Origin: Vicinamibacteria bacterium | GTDB lineage: Bacteria; Acidobacteriota; Vicinamibacteria; Marinacidobacterales; Marinacidobacteraceae | Length of the DNA stretch: 64,000 nt | Assembly (NCBI GenBank): GCA_963668695.2 | Contig: CAXXLQ010000004.1 | Span: forward strand, 2,592,001 to 2,656,000 | Direction: 5' to 3' | Shown: piece by piece, positions 30,960-41,729 of the stretch | How the letters are laid out: each line of letters opens with the position of its first letter | Position numbering within the stretch: position 1 is the stretch's first letter | Program-made: the position numbers and the translations under genes | Notes under the pieces: model-generated | What the model was told of the DNA's origin: nothing | Databases searched by the model: none | What the model saw: only the letters and a program-made list of their open reading frames with translations

Positions 30960-33296
30960 CTAGCGATCGTAGCCAGCGACGGGTTCCGTACCCGGAAGGA
31001 AGGCTTCCATGATCGTGTTGGGCCCCCCCTCGGACGGCTGTCCGCTTTCGAGATCCACCGGAACGAGCGCCACTGTGGGTGGCGCCCGGAAGCCGTGCCG
31101 TGGAGGGTCGGGGCGCCCGGTTTCCATGAAACGGATCCAGGCAGGCAGCGCTACCCGGGCGCCGCTTTCGCGTTCTCCCAGCGTCTCGTTTCCGTCGTTG
31201 CCGATCCAGACAGCCGCGGCAATCTCGGGGTCGAAGCCGATGAACCAGGCATCCGTGAACTCGTTCGTGGTGCCGGTCTTGCCGGCGACCGGTCGGCCGA
31301 GCCTGCGTGCTCCTACGGCGGTGCCGCGCGCCACCACGCCCTCGAGCAGGTGGGTGATGACGTACGCAAGATCCGCGGGAATGACCGACGCGGTCTCGGG
31401 ATAGAAGCGCTCCAGCTCCCGCCCGTCGCGGTCCGTGATTCGCGAGACGAAGAACGGCTCCATCCGGACGCCCTGATTGGGAAACGCGCTGTACGCGGAA
31501 ACCATCTCCAGGAGAGTGACGCCGCTCGAGCCGAGGGTGATCGAGAGCACCGGGAGGAGTTCCCCGCGGATCCCCAGCCGGCGCGCGAGCGCGACGACGC
31601 TTTCGGGGCCGATGTCGTGAACCATCCGCACCGCCGGCACGTTGCGCGAACCCTCGAAGGCCTTCCGCATCGTGATCCAGCCGAGGTGTTGGCCGTCGTA
31701 GTTCTGGGGTTCGTAAGGCTCGTCGCTGACCGGATCGATCCAGGTGAAGGGCTCGTCCAGAAGGAGTGAAGTGGGAGCGAGCCGCCCGGTAGCGAGGGCC
31801 GCTCCATAGGCGAACGGCTTGAACGACGACCCTGGCTGCCGGCGCGCCTGGATCGCCCGGTTGAACTCGCTGCGCTCGAAGTCAAACCCGCCGACCACGG
31901 CCCGGATGGCTCCGATCTCGATGTCCAGGGCCAGGAAGGCCCCTTCGGCCAGCGGCTCCTGTTCCAGCCTGACGACGAGGGGCCTTTCCAGGTTGAGGCG
32001 CCCCTCCGTGGACGCTTCGGCGGTCTCCTCCCCCGGTTCGGGTTCGTTGGCCAGAATGCGGAAATCGCCGACATCGCCTACCCGGAAGAGCTGTTTGGCG
32101 GTCTGGAAGGTCCACAGGAGTGAGTCGGCGTCCACCCGGGCCCGGTAGTCGGCGATCCGGATCTCCGGCTCCGGCCCGGCTGCGGTCACCACTCCCCGCA
32201 CCACCGATCCCATGGCGAGCGGGGCGGTCCAGGAGTCGTCCTCGTATTCAGTGGGCTCGACTCCCTCGTCGACGACGTTTCTGGCGAACCCCCGGAATCC
32301 CTGCCGCTTGTCGTGGGCGCGCAGCGCCAGCTCCACCGACTCGGTGGCCTCTCGCTGCATTCGGCTGTCGAGCGTCGTGTAAACCCGAAGTCCCCCCCGG
32401 TAGGTCCTCGAGTCTCCGTAGTGGTCCCGCAGATAGCCGCGCACCATCTCCATGAAGTGAGGGGCGAAGCGATCCCTGCCGCGGGAGCGGAGCCGGACAG
32501 GTTGTTCCCGTGCTGCCTGCGCCTCGTCCGAAGAAAGGAAGTCCTCGGCGACCATTCGTTCCAACACGATATCCCGCCGCCGTTCGGCCGCCGGGAGACT
32601 CCGGAACGGGTTGAAGCGGGCGGGGTTCGGGGCGATGCCGACCAGCATGGCCGCCTCTCCGACGGAGAGGTCCGGACTGCTCTTGCCCAGATAGAACTGG
32701 GCCGCCGCCTCGACACCATGGTTCCCGTAACCGAGGAACACCTGGTTGGCGTAGAAGGTGAGGATCTCCTCCTTGCGGTATGCCCGTTCGATCCAAAAGG
32801 CCGTGATCGCTTCCTTGATCTTGCGCTCGAGCGTTTCTTCCCGGTTCAGGAACAGCTCGCGCGCCACCTGCTGCGTGATCGTGCTCGCCCCGGAGACGAT
32901 GCGGCCGGTTCGGTAGTTGTCCCAGAGCGCCCTCGCGATTCCGATGGGATCGAAACCGAAGTGACGCCAGAAACGCTGATCCTCGGACGCCACCAGGGCG
33001 TCCCGAAGGTGCTGGGGCAGTTCCTCGTAACCCATCTCGATGCGGCGCTCGACGGCGAACTGCCCGATTTCGACTCCGCTCTCGTCATACACGATGGTGG
33101 TTGCGCTTGCTTCGTACCCCTCGAGTTCTTCGATCAGGGGGATGTCGCTCTGATACGCAGCCAACAGCCCGAGCATGGCGCCCCCGATCGCGCTTGCGGT
33201 GAACAGCAGGCCCACCACGACGATGCGGGCGAACTGGCGGCCCGCCGCCGGACGGCGTAGCGCTGATGGAGAACGGGGCATTTCAGGAACCGACAA
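30960..33296 (-). CDS. Penicillin-binding protein 1A (class A PBP)
   Basis: EDQRFWRHFG, GASTITQQ, RKIKE; transpeptidase SSFK, SRN, KTGT. Confidence 0.95.
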   Translation of the reverse strand: MSVPEMPRSPSALRRPAAGRQFARIVVVGLLFTASAIGGAMLGLLAAYQSDIPLIEELEGYEASATTIVYDESGVEIGQFAVERRIEMGYEELPQHLRDALVASEDQRFWRHFGFDPIGIARALWDNYRTGRIVSGASTITQQVARELFLNREETLERKIKEAITAFWIERAYRKEEILTFYANQVFLGYGNHGVEAAAQFYLGKSSPDLSVGEAAMLVGIAPNPARFNPFRSLPAAERRRDIVLERMVAEDFLSSDEAQAAREQPVRLRSRGRDRFAPHFMEMVRGYLRDHYGDSRTYRGGLRVYTTLDSRMQREATESVELALRAHDKRQGFRGFARNVVDEGVEPTEYEDDSWTAPLAMGSVVRGVVTAAGPEPEIRIADYRARVDADSLLWTFQTAKQLFRVGDVGDFRILANEPEPGEETAEASTEGRLNLERPLVVRLEQEPLAEGAFLALDIEIGAIRAVVGGFDFERSEFNRAIQARRQPGSSFKPFAYGAALATGRLAPTSLLLDEPFTWIDPVSDEPYEPQNYDGQHLGWITMRKAFEGSRNVPAVRMVHDIGPESVVALARRLGIRGELLPVLSITLGSSGVTLLEMVSAYSAFPNQGVRMEPFFVSRITDRDGRELERFYPETASVIPADLAYVITHLLEGVVARGTAVGARRLGRPVAGKTGTTNEFTDAWFIGFDPEIAAAVWIGNDGNETLGERESGARVALPAWIRFMETGRPDPPRHGFRAPPTVALVPVDLESGQPSEGGPNTIMEAFLPGTEPVAGYDR

Positions 33297-34209
33297 GGTC
33301 GTTCAACGCCGGCCCGATCGCGGGATGTCCGAACTGGAAGCCGGCAGCGAGCAGACGCCCGGGCATCACTCGCTGGCCGGAGAGCAGCAGCGCGTCGGCC
33401 ATCTCCCCGAAGGCCAATCGCATCGCCAGTCCCGGAGCCGGAAAGATGGTCGGTCTCCGGAGGGCCTTCCCCAGCGCCTTGGTGAAGGCGGCATTCGTGA
33501 CCGGGTTGGGAGACGTGAGGTTGTACGTCGATTCGAGAGACCCGGCGGGAGCCTCGAGGAGGTGGGCGATCGCGGCTGCCACGTCGGCAAGGTGGATCCA
33601 CGGCATCCACTGGCGTCCGCTCCCGAGCCGGCCGCCCACTCCCAGCCGGAACGGAGGAAGCATGGTGGCCAGAGCGCCCCCCTGCGGGGAGAGCACGACC
33701 CCGATTCGGAGGGAGGCGGTCTCGATTCCGCAGTCCCGGGCGGCGCCGGCGGCGGCCTCCCACTCCCTGCACACTTCGGCCAGGAAGTCGTGTCCGGAGG
33801 CGGCGTCTTCGACAAGCTCTTCGTCGCCGCGCGCCCCGTAGTAGCCGACGGCGGAGGCGGCGAGCAGTCGCGAGGGCCCATTCCGGGAGGCGCCCAGGGC
33901 CGCGACCAGGGCTTTCGTGCCTTCGACCCGGCTCTCGCGAATGGCGCGCTTCCGGGCGGTCGTCCAGCGTTTTCCGACCGGCTCTCCGGCAAGGTGGACC
34001 AGGGCGTCGAGCCCTTCCAGAACACCGGCCGGGTCGGCGTTGGTTCCGTCACCGCGAGGGTTCCAGCGGGCGGATCGGACTCCGGGCGGGAACCCCGTGA
34101 GCGCACCTTCGCGCCGGGTGAGCGCCACCACTTCGTGGCCCCGTCCGGCAAGTTCCGAAGCGAGCGCGCGGCCGATCAGGCCCGTCGCTCCCGTGATTCC
34201 AGTCCGCAT
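33283..34209 (-). CDS. TIGR01777-family NAD-dependent epimerase
   Basis: ITGATGLIG, HLAGE, ASAVGYYG, GSGRQWMPWIH. Confidence 0.93.
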   Translation of the reverse strand: MRTGITGATGLIGRALASELAGRGHEVVALTRREGALTGFPPGVRSARWNPRGDGTNADPAGVLEGLDALVHLAGEPVGKRWTTARKRAIRESRVEGTKALVAALGASRNGPSRLLAASAVGYYGARGDEELVEDAASGHDFLAEVCREWEAAAGAARDCGIETASLRIGVVLSPQGGALATMLPPFRLGVGGRLGSGRQWMPWIHLADVAAAIAHLLEAPAGSLESTYNLTSPNPVTNAAFTKALGKALRRPTIFPAPGLAMRLAFGEMADALLLSGQRVMPGRLLAAGFQFGHPAIGPALNDLVGS

Positions 34210-34329
34210 CCGAAGGCCAATTGCTCGGCGGCGATTCTAGCCCGCGGCCTCCCGGCCCCCCGACGTTTGAAGGCGGGTCGCACACGAGGGGACAATGAAT
34301 GGGACAATGGTCTGTCCGGGAGGCCTGTG

Positions 34330-36387
34330 ATGCTCCGTTTTCGTTTTCTCTTCGCTCTTTCCCTCGCCCTGTTGGTCGCTTCCGTCGTCACCGCGCAGGA
34401 CAAACGGCCCATGACGATCGTCGAACTGATCGACTTGCCGTCGGTGGGGAGCCCCCGCCTGTCTCCCGACGGGACCCAACTGCTCTACACCCGGAGCGGT
34501 ACCGACTGGAAGAAGAACGGCCGGACGACCCACATCCATCGGATCAACGCCGACGGAAGCGGCGAGGTTCAGCTCACCAACGGTGAGGAAGGGGAGTCCA
34601 GCCCTCGCTGGTCGCCCGACGGAATGCGCGTCGCGTTTCTCGCAAAGCGCGGCGAGGACTCCGAAACGCAGATCTACGGGATGCGCAACAGCGGCGGCGA
34701 GGCGTCCCCGCTGACCGAGCACGACAGCTCGGTGCGGTCGTTCCAGTTCTCTCCCGACGGCCGGCACATCTACTTCACGGCCCCGGACGCCAAGACGCCC
34801 GAGGAAAAGAAGAAGGACAAACTCAAGGACGACGTGTTCGCATTCGACGAGGACTACAAGCAGCACCATCTCTTCCGGGTTGCCCCCGACGGGGCAGGGC
34901 CGCAGCAGGCGGAACGGATCACCGAGGGCGACTATTCGGTGATCGGCTTCCGGCTTTCGGACGACGGCATGCGCGTCGCGCACCACCGGTCCCTCAGCCC
35001 GCTGGTTGACAACCGGGACGAGGGGGAGGTCTGGATCATGGACGTGGACGGCGGGAACGCCGTGCAGTTGACGGATAACACCGTCAGCGAATTCGGCGCC
35101 CAGCTCTCTCCCGATGGCACGCAGCTCATGTTCCTCTCCGATTCGAGCGCCGACTTCGAGACCTATTTCAACGACAACATCTTCGTGATGCCGGCTGCCG
35201 GGGGAGCGCACCGGGTGCTCTACGAGGACATGACCCACGAGGTCAACAGCGCCCGCTGGGCGCCCGACGGCTCGATCTATTTCACCGCCAACACCGGGGT
35301 CCGTACCGAACTCTTCCACGGCACGATGGAGGACGCCGCGCCCACGGCGCTCACCGCCGGCGACCATTCGCTCTCGGGATGGAACTTCCAATCCTCAGCC
35401 GGACAGCACGTCTTCGGGATCAGCAACCGCGAAAACAACGGCGACCTCCACCTCCTGCCGGCGAACGGCGGGGATCCGGTGAAGGTCACGAGCGTCTTCG
35501 ACTATCTGGCCGAGACCTTCGAGCTGCCCGTGCAGGAGGCGATCCGCTGGAAGGGCGAGGACGGGGTGGAAGTCGAAGGACTCCTCTATTACCCGCTCGA
35601 CTACCAGGAAGGGCAGCGCTATCCGCTGATCGTCCAGACCCACGGCGGGCCGGCGGCCTCCGACAAGTTCTCGTTCGGCCGCTGGAGCAGCTATGTCCAG
35701 GTGGCGACGGCTCGCGGTTGGGCGGTCTTCAAGCCCAACTACCGGGGAAGCACCGGTTACGGCGACGACGTTCTCAGGGACATGGTGGGCCACTACTTCA
35801 ACCAGTCCCACCTCGACGTGATGACCGGGGTGGATCACCTGATCGAGCTCGGGATCGCCGACGGGGACCGGATGGCCAAGATGGGCTGGAGCGGCGGCGG
35901 TCACATGACCAACAAGATCATCACCCACACCGACCGCTTCAAGGCGGCGGCGTCAGGCGCCGGAGCGGTGAACTGGATCTCGATGTACGGGACGAGTGAC
36001 GTGCGGATCTACCGGACCCCGTGGTTCGGCGGTACCCCCTGGCAGGAGGACGCGCCGATCGACACCTATTGGGGACACTCGCCGCTGAAGGACATCTACA
36101 AGGTGACCACCCCCACGATCGTGCTCGTCGGCGAGAACGACGTCCGGGTGCCGCCGAACCAGTCGGTGGAGCTCTACCGGGCGCTGAGAACGAACGGAGT
36201 GGACACGCACCTCTACATCGCGCCGCGGGAGCCGCATGGCTGGCAGGAGCTCCGTCACGAGCTCTTCAAGGTGAACATCGAGCTCGATTGGTTCGAGCGT
36301 CACGTGCGAGGCATCGAGTACGAGTGGGAGACGGCCCCCGGCGACGACGAAGAGGAGATGACCACCACGGACGAAGAAAGTCCCTGA
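34330..36387 (+). CDS. S9 family peptidase, exported (copy 1)
   Basis: Signal peptide, beta-propeller, HGGP, NYRGSTGYG, GWSGGG, DVRVP, EPHG. Confidence 0.95.
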   Translation: MLRFRFLFALSLALLVASVVTAQDKRPMTIVELIDLPSVGSPRLSPDGTQLLYTRSGTDWKKNGRTTHIHRINADGSGEVQLTNGEEGESSPRWSPDGMRVAFLAKRGEDSETQIYGMRNSGGEASPLTEHDSSVRSFQFSPDGRHIYFTAPDAKTPEEKKKDKLKDDVFAFDEDYKQHHLFRVAPDGAGPQQAERITEGDYSVIGFRLSDDGMRVAHHRSLSPLVDNRDEGEVWIMDVDGGNAVQLTDNTVSEFGAQLSPDGTQLMFLSDSSADFETYFNDNIFVMPAAGGAHRVLYEDMTHEVNSARWAPDGSIYFTANTGVRTELFHGTMEDAAPTALTAGDHSLSGWNFQSSAGQHVFGISNRENNGDLHLLPANGGDPVKVTSVFDYLAETFELPVQEAIRWKGEDGVEVEGLLYYPLDYQEGQRYPLIVQTHGGPAASDKFSFGRWSSYVQVATARGWAVFKPNYRGSTGYGDDVLRDMVGHYFNQSHLDVMTGVDHLIELGIADGDRMAKMGWSGGGHMTNKIITHTDRFKAAASGAGAVNWISMYGTSDVRIYRTPWFGGTPWQEDAPIDTYWGHSPLKDIYKVTTPTIVLVGENDVRVPPNQSVELYRALRTNGVDTHLYIAPREPHGWQELRHELFKVNIELDWFERHVRGIEYEWETAPGDDEEEMTTTDEESP

Positions 36388-36424
36388 GCCGGACTCCATC
36401 TCCATCCCTTCGAGCAGGAGTTCG

Positions 36425-38515
36425 GTGAAGGATTCCCCCTCGTCCTGTTTGTCGTCTTGTTTGCGGCTGGCGGCTGTCAGCCTGGTCGGGCTCGCCGCCG
36501 CCGCGCCGTTCGCGTCGGCGCAACAAAAGCGGCCGATGACCATCGTGGAGTTCGTCGAGGTCCCTCGGGTGGGGAGCCCGCGGCTGTCGCCGGACGGAAC
36601 ACAACTCCTCTACACCCGGACCGATGCCGACTGGAAGGAGAACGGCCGCACCACCCACATCCGCCGCATCGGGACCGACGGCACCGGCGACCTGCGGCTG
36701 ACGAACGGCGAGCGGGGCGAGTCGAGTCCCCGCTGGTCCCCTGACGGAGCGTGGGTGGCGTTTCTGGCGCAGCGGGGCGGGAGCCCCTCCGCCCAGATCC
36801 ACCGGATGCGCACCTCGGGCGGGGAGGCGGTTCCGCTGACCGAGCACGAGACTTCGGTGCAGTCGTTCACCTTCTCGCCCGCTGGGGACACCATCTATTT
36901 CATCGCCGCCGACCCCAAGACCCTCGACGAAAAAGAGAAGGACGAACTCCGGGACGATGTCTTCGCCTTCGACGAGAACTACCGGCAGCGTCATCTCTTC
37001 CGGGTGCCGACGGACGGCGACGGGCCGCGGGCGGCCGAGCGGATCACCGAGGGTGACTACTCGGTGGTGGAGTACCGGCTTTCCGACGACGGGAAGCGGA
37101 TCGCCCACTCGCGGGCGCCCACGCCGCTTTTCGACAACCGCGACGAGGGTGAGGTCTGGATCATGGACGTGGATGGTGGGAACGCCGTGCAACTGACCAC
37201 GAACACGGTCAGCGAGCGCGGGGCGCAGGTTTCCCCGGACGGCGGCCGGGTGCTGTTCCTTTCCGAATCGAGCGCCGATTTCGAGACCTATTTCAACACC
37301 AACATCTTTGTCGTGCCGGCCGGCGGAGGAGCGCACCGCCTTCTCTACGAGGACATGGCGCACGAGGTGACCGGCGCGCGGTGGGCGCCCGACGGCTCGA
37401 TCTACTTCATCGCCAACACGGGCGTTCGCACCCAGCTCTTCCACGCCCGGGTGGACGACGAAACGCCCGTGGCGCTCACCGGCGGGGACCAATCCCTGGT
37501 GGGATGGAACTACCACGCGCCCACCGCGCAGCACGTGTTCGGGATCAGCAGGCGCGACGACCGTGGCGACGTTCACCTCCTGGCGGCAGCGGGCGGGGAC
37601 CCGGTGAAGGTCACGAGCGTCTTCGACTACCCGGGCGAGACCTTCGAACTCCCGATCCAGGAAGCGATCCGCTGGAGGGGGGAGGACGGCGTGGAAGTCG
37701 AGGGCCTTCTCTACTACCCGCTCGACTACCGGGAGGGAGCGCGGTATCCGCTCGTCGTGCAGACCCACGGGGGACCCGCGGCTTCCGACAAGTTCTCCTT
37801 CGACTACTGGTCGAACTACACGCAGATTCTGGCCGCCCGGGGCTATCTGGTCTTCAAGCCCAACTACCGGGGGAGCACCGGCTACGGCGACGACTTTCTC
37901 AGGGACATGGTGGGGCACTACTTCCACCAGGCCCATCTGGACGTAATGACCGGGGTGGACCACCTCATCGAGATCGGGATTGCCGACGGCGACCGGATGG
38001 CCAAGATGGGCTGGAGCGGCGGCGGTCATATGACGAACAAGATCATCACCCACACCGATCGCTTCAGAGCGGCGGCCTCGGGCGCCGGGGCGGTGAACTG
38101 GATCTCGATGTACGGCCAGAGCGATGTCCGCACCTATCGGACACCGTGGTTCGGCGGAACGCCGTGGCAGCAGGACGCCCCGATCGATACCTACTGGGGG
38201 CACTCACCGCTCAAGGACATTTACCAGGTGACCACGCCCACCATCGTGCTGGTCGGAGAAAACGATGTCCGGGTTCCGCCGCCCCAATCGGTGGAGCTCT
38301 ACCGGGCGCTCAAGACCAACGGGGTGGACACCCACCTCTACATCGCGCCACGGGAACCGCACGGCTGGCGGGAACTGCGCCACGCGCTCTTCAAGGTCAA
38401 CGTGGAGATCGACTGGTTCGAGCGCCATGTCCGCGGAATCGAGTACCAGTGGGAAACGGCCCCGGATAATTACGAGCCCGAGACGGCCGCCACCACGGAC
38501 GGCCAAAACCCGTAG
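36425..38515 (+). CDS. S9 family peptidase, exported (copy 2)
   Basis: Same motifs; colinear paralogue. Confidence 0.95.
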   Translation: MKDSPSSCLSSCLRLAAVSLVGLAAAAPFASAQQKRPMTIVEFVEVPRVGSPRLSPDGTQLLYTRTDADWKENGRTTHIRRIGTDGTGDLRLTNGERGESSPRWSPDGAWVAFLAQRGGSPSAQIHRMRTSGGEAVPLTEHETSVQSFTFSPAGDTIYFIAADPKTLDEKEKDELRDDVFAFDENYRQRHLFRVPTDGDGPRAAERITEGDYSVVEYRLSDDGKRIAHSRAPTPLFDNRDEGEVWIMDVDGGNAVQLTTNTVSERGAQVSPDGGRVLFLSESSADFETYFNTNIFVVPAGGGAHRLLYEDMAHEVTGARWAPDGSIYFIANTGVRTQLFHARVDDETPVALTGGDQSLVGWNYHAPTAQHVFGISRRDDRGDVHLLAAAGGDPVKVTSVFDYPGETFELPIQEAIRWRGEDGVEVEGLLYYPLDYREGARYPLVVQTHGGPAASDKFSFDYWSNYTQILAARGYLVFKPNYRGSTGYGDDFLRDMVGHYFHQAHLDVMTGVDHLIEIGIADGDRMAKMGWSGGGHMTNKIITHTDRFRAAASGAGAVNWISMYGQSDVRTYRTPWFGGTPWQQDAPIDTYWGHSPLKDIYQVTTPTIVLVGENDVRVPPPQSVELYRALKTNGVDTHLYIAPREPHGWRELRHALFKVNVEIDWFERHVRGIEYQWETAPDNYEPETAATTDGQNP

Positions 38516-38544
38516 CCCGCACAGCGCGCCGCAGGAGAACCTTC

Positions 38545-40620
38545 ATGACGTATTCCCTTTTGCTTCGTTTGGGCTTTCTCGCTGCCGGGTTGGCGGCGAT
38601 GGCCGCCGCGGCCCCCAGCGCATCGGCTCAGGGAAAGCGGCCGATGACGATCGTCGACTTGATCGATGTCCCGCGGGTGGGCAGTCCACGCCTGTCCCCC
38701 GATGGGACCGAACTGCTCTACACCCGCTCGGACACCGATTGGAAACACAACGGCCGGACCACTCACATCCACCGGATAGCTACCGATGGCAGCGGGGACG
38801 TTCGGCTCACGGGCGGAGAGCGCGGAGAGTCCAGCCCGCGCTGGTCTCCCGACGGGGCCTGGATCGCGTTCCTGGCCCGGCGGGGGGAGAGTCCGTTTAC
38901 GCAGATCCACCGGATGTCCAACCGCGGAGGAGAAGCGACACCGCTCACCGAGCACGAAAGCTCGGTGCAGTCGTACGCCTTCTCACCGGACGGGGAGCAC
39001 ATCTACTTCATCGCTCCCGACCCCAAGACCCCCGAGGAAAAGGAGCAGGACGACCTCCGGGACGACATGTTCGCCTTCGACGAGGATTACAAGCAGCGGC
39101 ACCTGTTCCGCGTCCCCACTTCCGGGGAAGGCCCCCGGGATGCGGAACGAATCACCTCGGGCGACTTCTCGGTGCTGGAATTCCGGCTCTCCGGTGACGG
39201 GTCGCGGATCGCCCATTCGCGGGCGCCGACCCCGCTTCTCGACAACCGCGACGAGGGCGAGGTCTGGGTCATGGACACAGGTGGCGGAAACGCCCTCCAG
39301 TTGACCGACAACACGGTGATCGAGAGCGGCGCCCAGCTTTCTCCCGACGGCTCCCAGGTCCTCTTCGTGTCGGCGTCGAGCGCCGACTTCGAGACCTACT
39401 TCAACCGGAATGTCTTCCTGATTCCGGCCGCCGGCGGCCCGCACCGGGTCCTCTACGCGGACTGGCCGCACGAGGCGAACGGAGCCACCTGGGCCCCGGA
39501 CGGTTCGATCTACTTCATCGGCAACACCGGCGTGCGCAGCCAGCTCTTCCACGCCGCGGTGGATGACAACGCGCCCCGGGCGCTCACCGATGGCGACCAC
39601 TCGCTCACGGGATGGAACTTTGCGGCCGCCGCCGGTCAGCACGTCTTCGGGATCAGCAACCGCGAGAACAACGGGGACATCCATCTGCTCCCCGCCGCGG
39701 GAGGCGACCCGGTGAAGGTCACGAGCGTCTTCGACACCCTGGACGAGACCTTCGAGCTGCCGATCCAGGAAGCGGTCCGCTGGCAGGGGGAAGACGGTGT
39801 GGAGGTCGAGGGACTCCTCTACTACCCGCTCGACTACCAGGAGGGACAGCGCTATCCGCTCGTCGTGCAGACCCACGGCGGGCCGCGTTCCTCGGACAAG
39901 TTCTCCTTCGGCCGCTGGGGCAGCTACGTCCCGGTACTTACGGCTCGCGGTTACGCGGTCTTCAAGCCCAACTACCGAGGCAGCACCGGCTACGGTGACG
40001 ATTTCCTCCGGGACATGGTGGGGCACTACTTCAACCAGGCCCATCTGGACGTCATGGCCGGTGTGGACTACCTGATCGAGCGCGGAATCGCCGACGGGGA
40101 CCGGATGGCCAAGATGGGCTGGAGCGCCGGCGGGCACATGACCAACAAGATCATCACCCATACCGGCCGCTTCAAGGCGGCGTCCTCGGGCGCCGGCGCG
40201 GTGAACTGGATCTCCATGTACGGGCAGAGCGACGTGCGCCATCCGCGCACCCCCTGGTTCGGCGGGACTCCCTGGGAGGAGGACGCTCCGATCGACGCCT
40301 ACTGGGGGAATTCGCCGCTCAAGGACATCTACAAGGTCACGACGCCCACCATCGTGATCGTCGGCGAGAACGACGTGCGTGTGCCGATGCCGCAGTCGGT
40401 GGAGCTTTACCGGGCGCTCCGGACGAACGGGGTGGACACTCACCTGTACGTCGCGCCACGGGAGCCGCATGGCTTACGGGAACTCCGCCACCAGCTCTTC
40501 AAGGTCAACGTGGAGATCGACTGGTTCGAGCGACACGTCCGCGGGATGGAGTACGAGTGGGAGACGGCCCCCGGCGAGGACGAGGAGAAAAAGGCGGCCA
40601 CCGACGGCGAGCAGCAGTGA
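38545..40620 (+). CDS. S9 family peptidase, exported (copy 3)
   Basis: Same motifs with GWSAGG. Confidence 0.95.
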   Translation: MTYSLLLRLGFLAAGLAAMAAAAPSASAQGKRPMTIVDLIDVPRVGSPRLSPDGTELLYTRSDTDWKHNGRTTHIHRIATDGSGDVRLTGGERGESSPRWSPDGAWIAFLARRGESPFTQIHRMSNRGGEATPLTEHESSVQSYAFSPDGEHIYFIAPDPKTPEEKEQDDLRDDMFAFDEDYKQRHLFRVPTSGEGPRDAERITSGDFSVLEFRLSGDGSRIAHSRAPTPLLDNRDEGEVWVMDTGGGNALQLTDNTVIESGAQLSPDGSQVLFVSASSADFETYFNRNVFLIPAAGGPHRVLYADWPHEANGATWAPDGSIYFIGNTGVRSQLFHAAVDDNAPRALTDGDHSLTGWNFAAAAGQHVFGISNRENNGDIHLLPAAGGDPVKVTSVFDTLDETFELPIQEAVRWQGEDGVEVEGLLYYPLDYQEGQRYPLVVQTHGGPRSSDKFSFGRWGSYVPVLTARGYAVFKPNYRGSTGYGDDFLRDMVGHYFNQAHLDVMAGVDYLIERGIADGDRMAKMGWSAGGHMTNKIITHTGRFKAASSGAGAVNWISMYGQSDVRHPRTPWFGGTPWEEDAPIDAYWGNSPLKDIYKVTTPTIVIVGENDVRVPMPQSVELYRALRTNGVDTHLYVAPREPHGLRELRHQLFKVNVEIDWFERHVRGMEYEWETAPGEDEEKKAATDGEQQ

Positions 40621-40642
40621 GCGCCGGGGATCGCGCCGGCTC

Positions 40643-40690
40643 GGGAACGCCGGTCTTCAGACCGGCACCGCCGCCCGCAGGGCGGCGAGA
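40643..40690. repeat. REP-like hairpin (intact reference copy)
   Basis: GGGAACGCCGGTCTTCAGACCGGCA followed by CCGCCCGCAGGGCGG. Confidence 0.7.
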
Positions 40691-40727
40691 CGCGAAGAGG
40701 CAACTCCGTTTGTGGCGCCCACTCGGT

Positions 40728-40912
40728 TAACAGCCTGTGGATAAAGTGGCGTGAGCGCCGAGAGCGGTGAGGCGCCCGGCTGACAAGGCGCGCGAGGGAG
40801 GAATACCGGGTGTATTTCGACCGAAGCGCAACGATGAACGACGCGAAGCGGAGTGTTTCAGCCGGGATGGATCGCCGCTCGAACGCCGCGAGACTTTGTC
40901 CACAGGCTGTTA
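40728..40912 (+). mobile_element. MITE family 1, empty 185-bp copy
   Basis: TTAACAGCCTGTGGATAAAGT / ACTTTGTCCACAGGCTGTTAA (20 of 21 inverted match); no ORF and no 18-mer. Confidence 0.9.
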
Positions 40913-40919
40913 AGACGCG

Positions 40920-41666
40920 ATGTGTGGACGCTTCACCCAGTCATCCTCCTGGGAGGAGACCGCCGAACTCTTCGACCTCGAAGAGATTCCGGAGGATCTG
41001 CCCCCCCGCTACAACGTGGCGCCCACGCAGCTCGCGGCGGTAGTACGGAACGAGGGAGTCCGCCGCCTCCGGATGCTCCGCTGGGGGCTGATCCCGAGCG
41101 GAGCCCGGGATCCGTCGATCGGGAATCGGCTCATCAACGCCCGCGCCGAGACGGCCGGTAGTCGGCCTTCCTTCCGGGCGGCCTTCGCTGCCAGGAGGTG
41201 CCTCGTCCCGGTGGACGGTTTCTTCGAGTGGGAGCGTCTTGGGCGGCGCCGGCAACCCTGGCTCTTCCGCATGCGCGAGCCCGGCCCGTTCGCACTCGCC
41301 GGCCTCTTCGAGCGGTGGCGTGCGCCGCCGGCAATCCTCGCCGGTCAAACGTCCGGGATCGGTCGGCCGGAAATCCTGGAGACCTTCACCATCCTCACGA
41401 CGGACGCGAACGACGTCGTGGGCCCAATCCACGATCGGATGCCCGTCATCCTGCACCCCGACACATTTGATCGGTGGCTCACGGGAGGCGAGGTGCCTCT
41501 CGGGCCCTATCCGTCCGCCGCGATGGCGGCCTTCCGGGTCAGTTCCCTGGTGAACAATCCCGCGCACGACGACCCGCGTTGTATCGAGCCGCTCGGGGCG
41601 CGAGCTGAGAGCGGAACGGCCCGATCGGGGGGCAACTCGCCACCCAGCCTCTTCGGCGCCGGCTGA
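40920..41666 (+). CDS. yedK: SOS response-associated peptidase (SRAP/YedK/HMCES)
   Basis: N-terminal MCGRF, RYNVAPT, INARAET, GFFEW, HDRMPVIL. Confidence 0.95.
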   Translation: MCGRFTQSSSWEETAELFDLEEIPEDLPPRYNVAPTQLAAVVRNEGVRRLRMLRWGLIPSGARDPSIGNRLINARAETAGSRPSFRAAFAARRCLVPVDGFFEWERLGRRRQPWLFRMREPGPFALAGLFERWRAPPAILAGQTSGIGRPEILETFTILTTDANDVVGPIHDRMPVILHPDTFDRWLTGGEVPLGPYPSAAMAAFRVSSLVNNPAHDDPRCIEPLGARAESGTARSGGNSPPSLFGAG

Positions 41667-41729
41667 CGGACGGACTGCGGCTCCACCCGGATGCCCCGGC
41701 GGGGCGGGGTCCGGACTCCGGCCGGGCCC

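Noticed and set aside
33175-34329. N-terminal extension of the 1070-aa ORF
   Set aside because: Antisense to the epimerase gene; the S9 signal peptide begins at 34330
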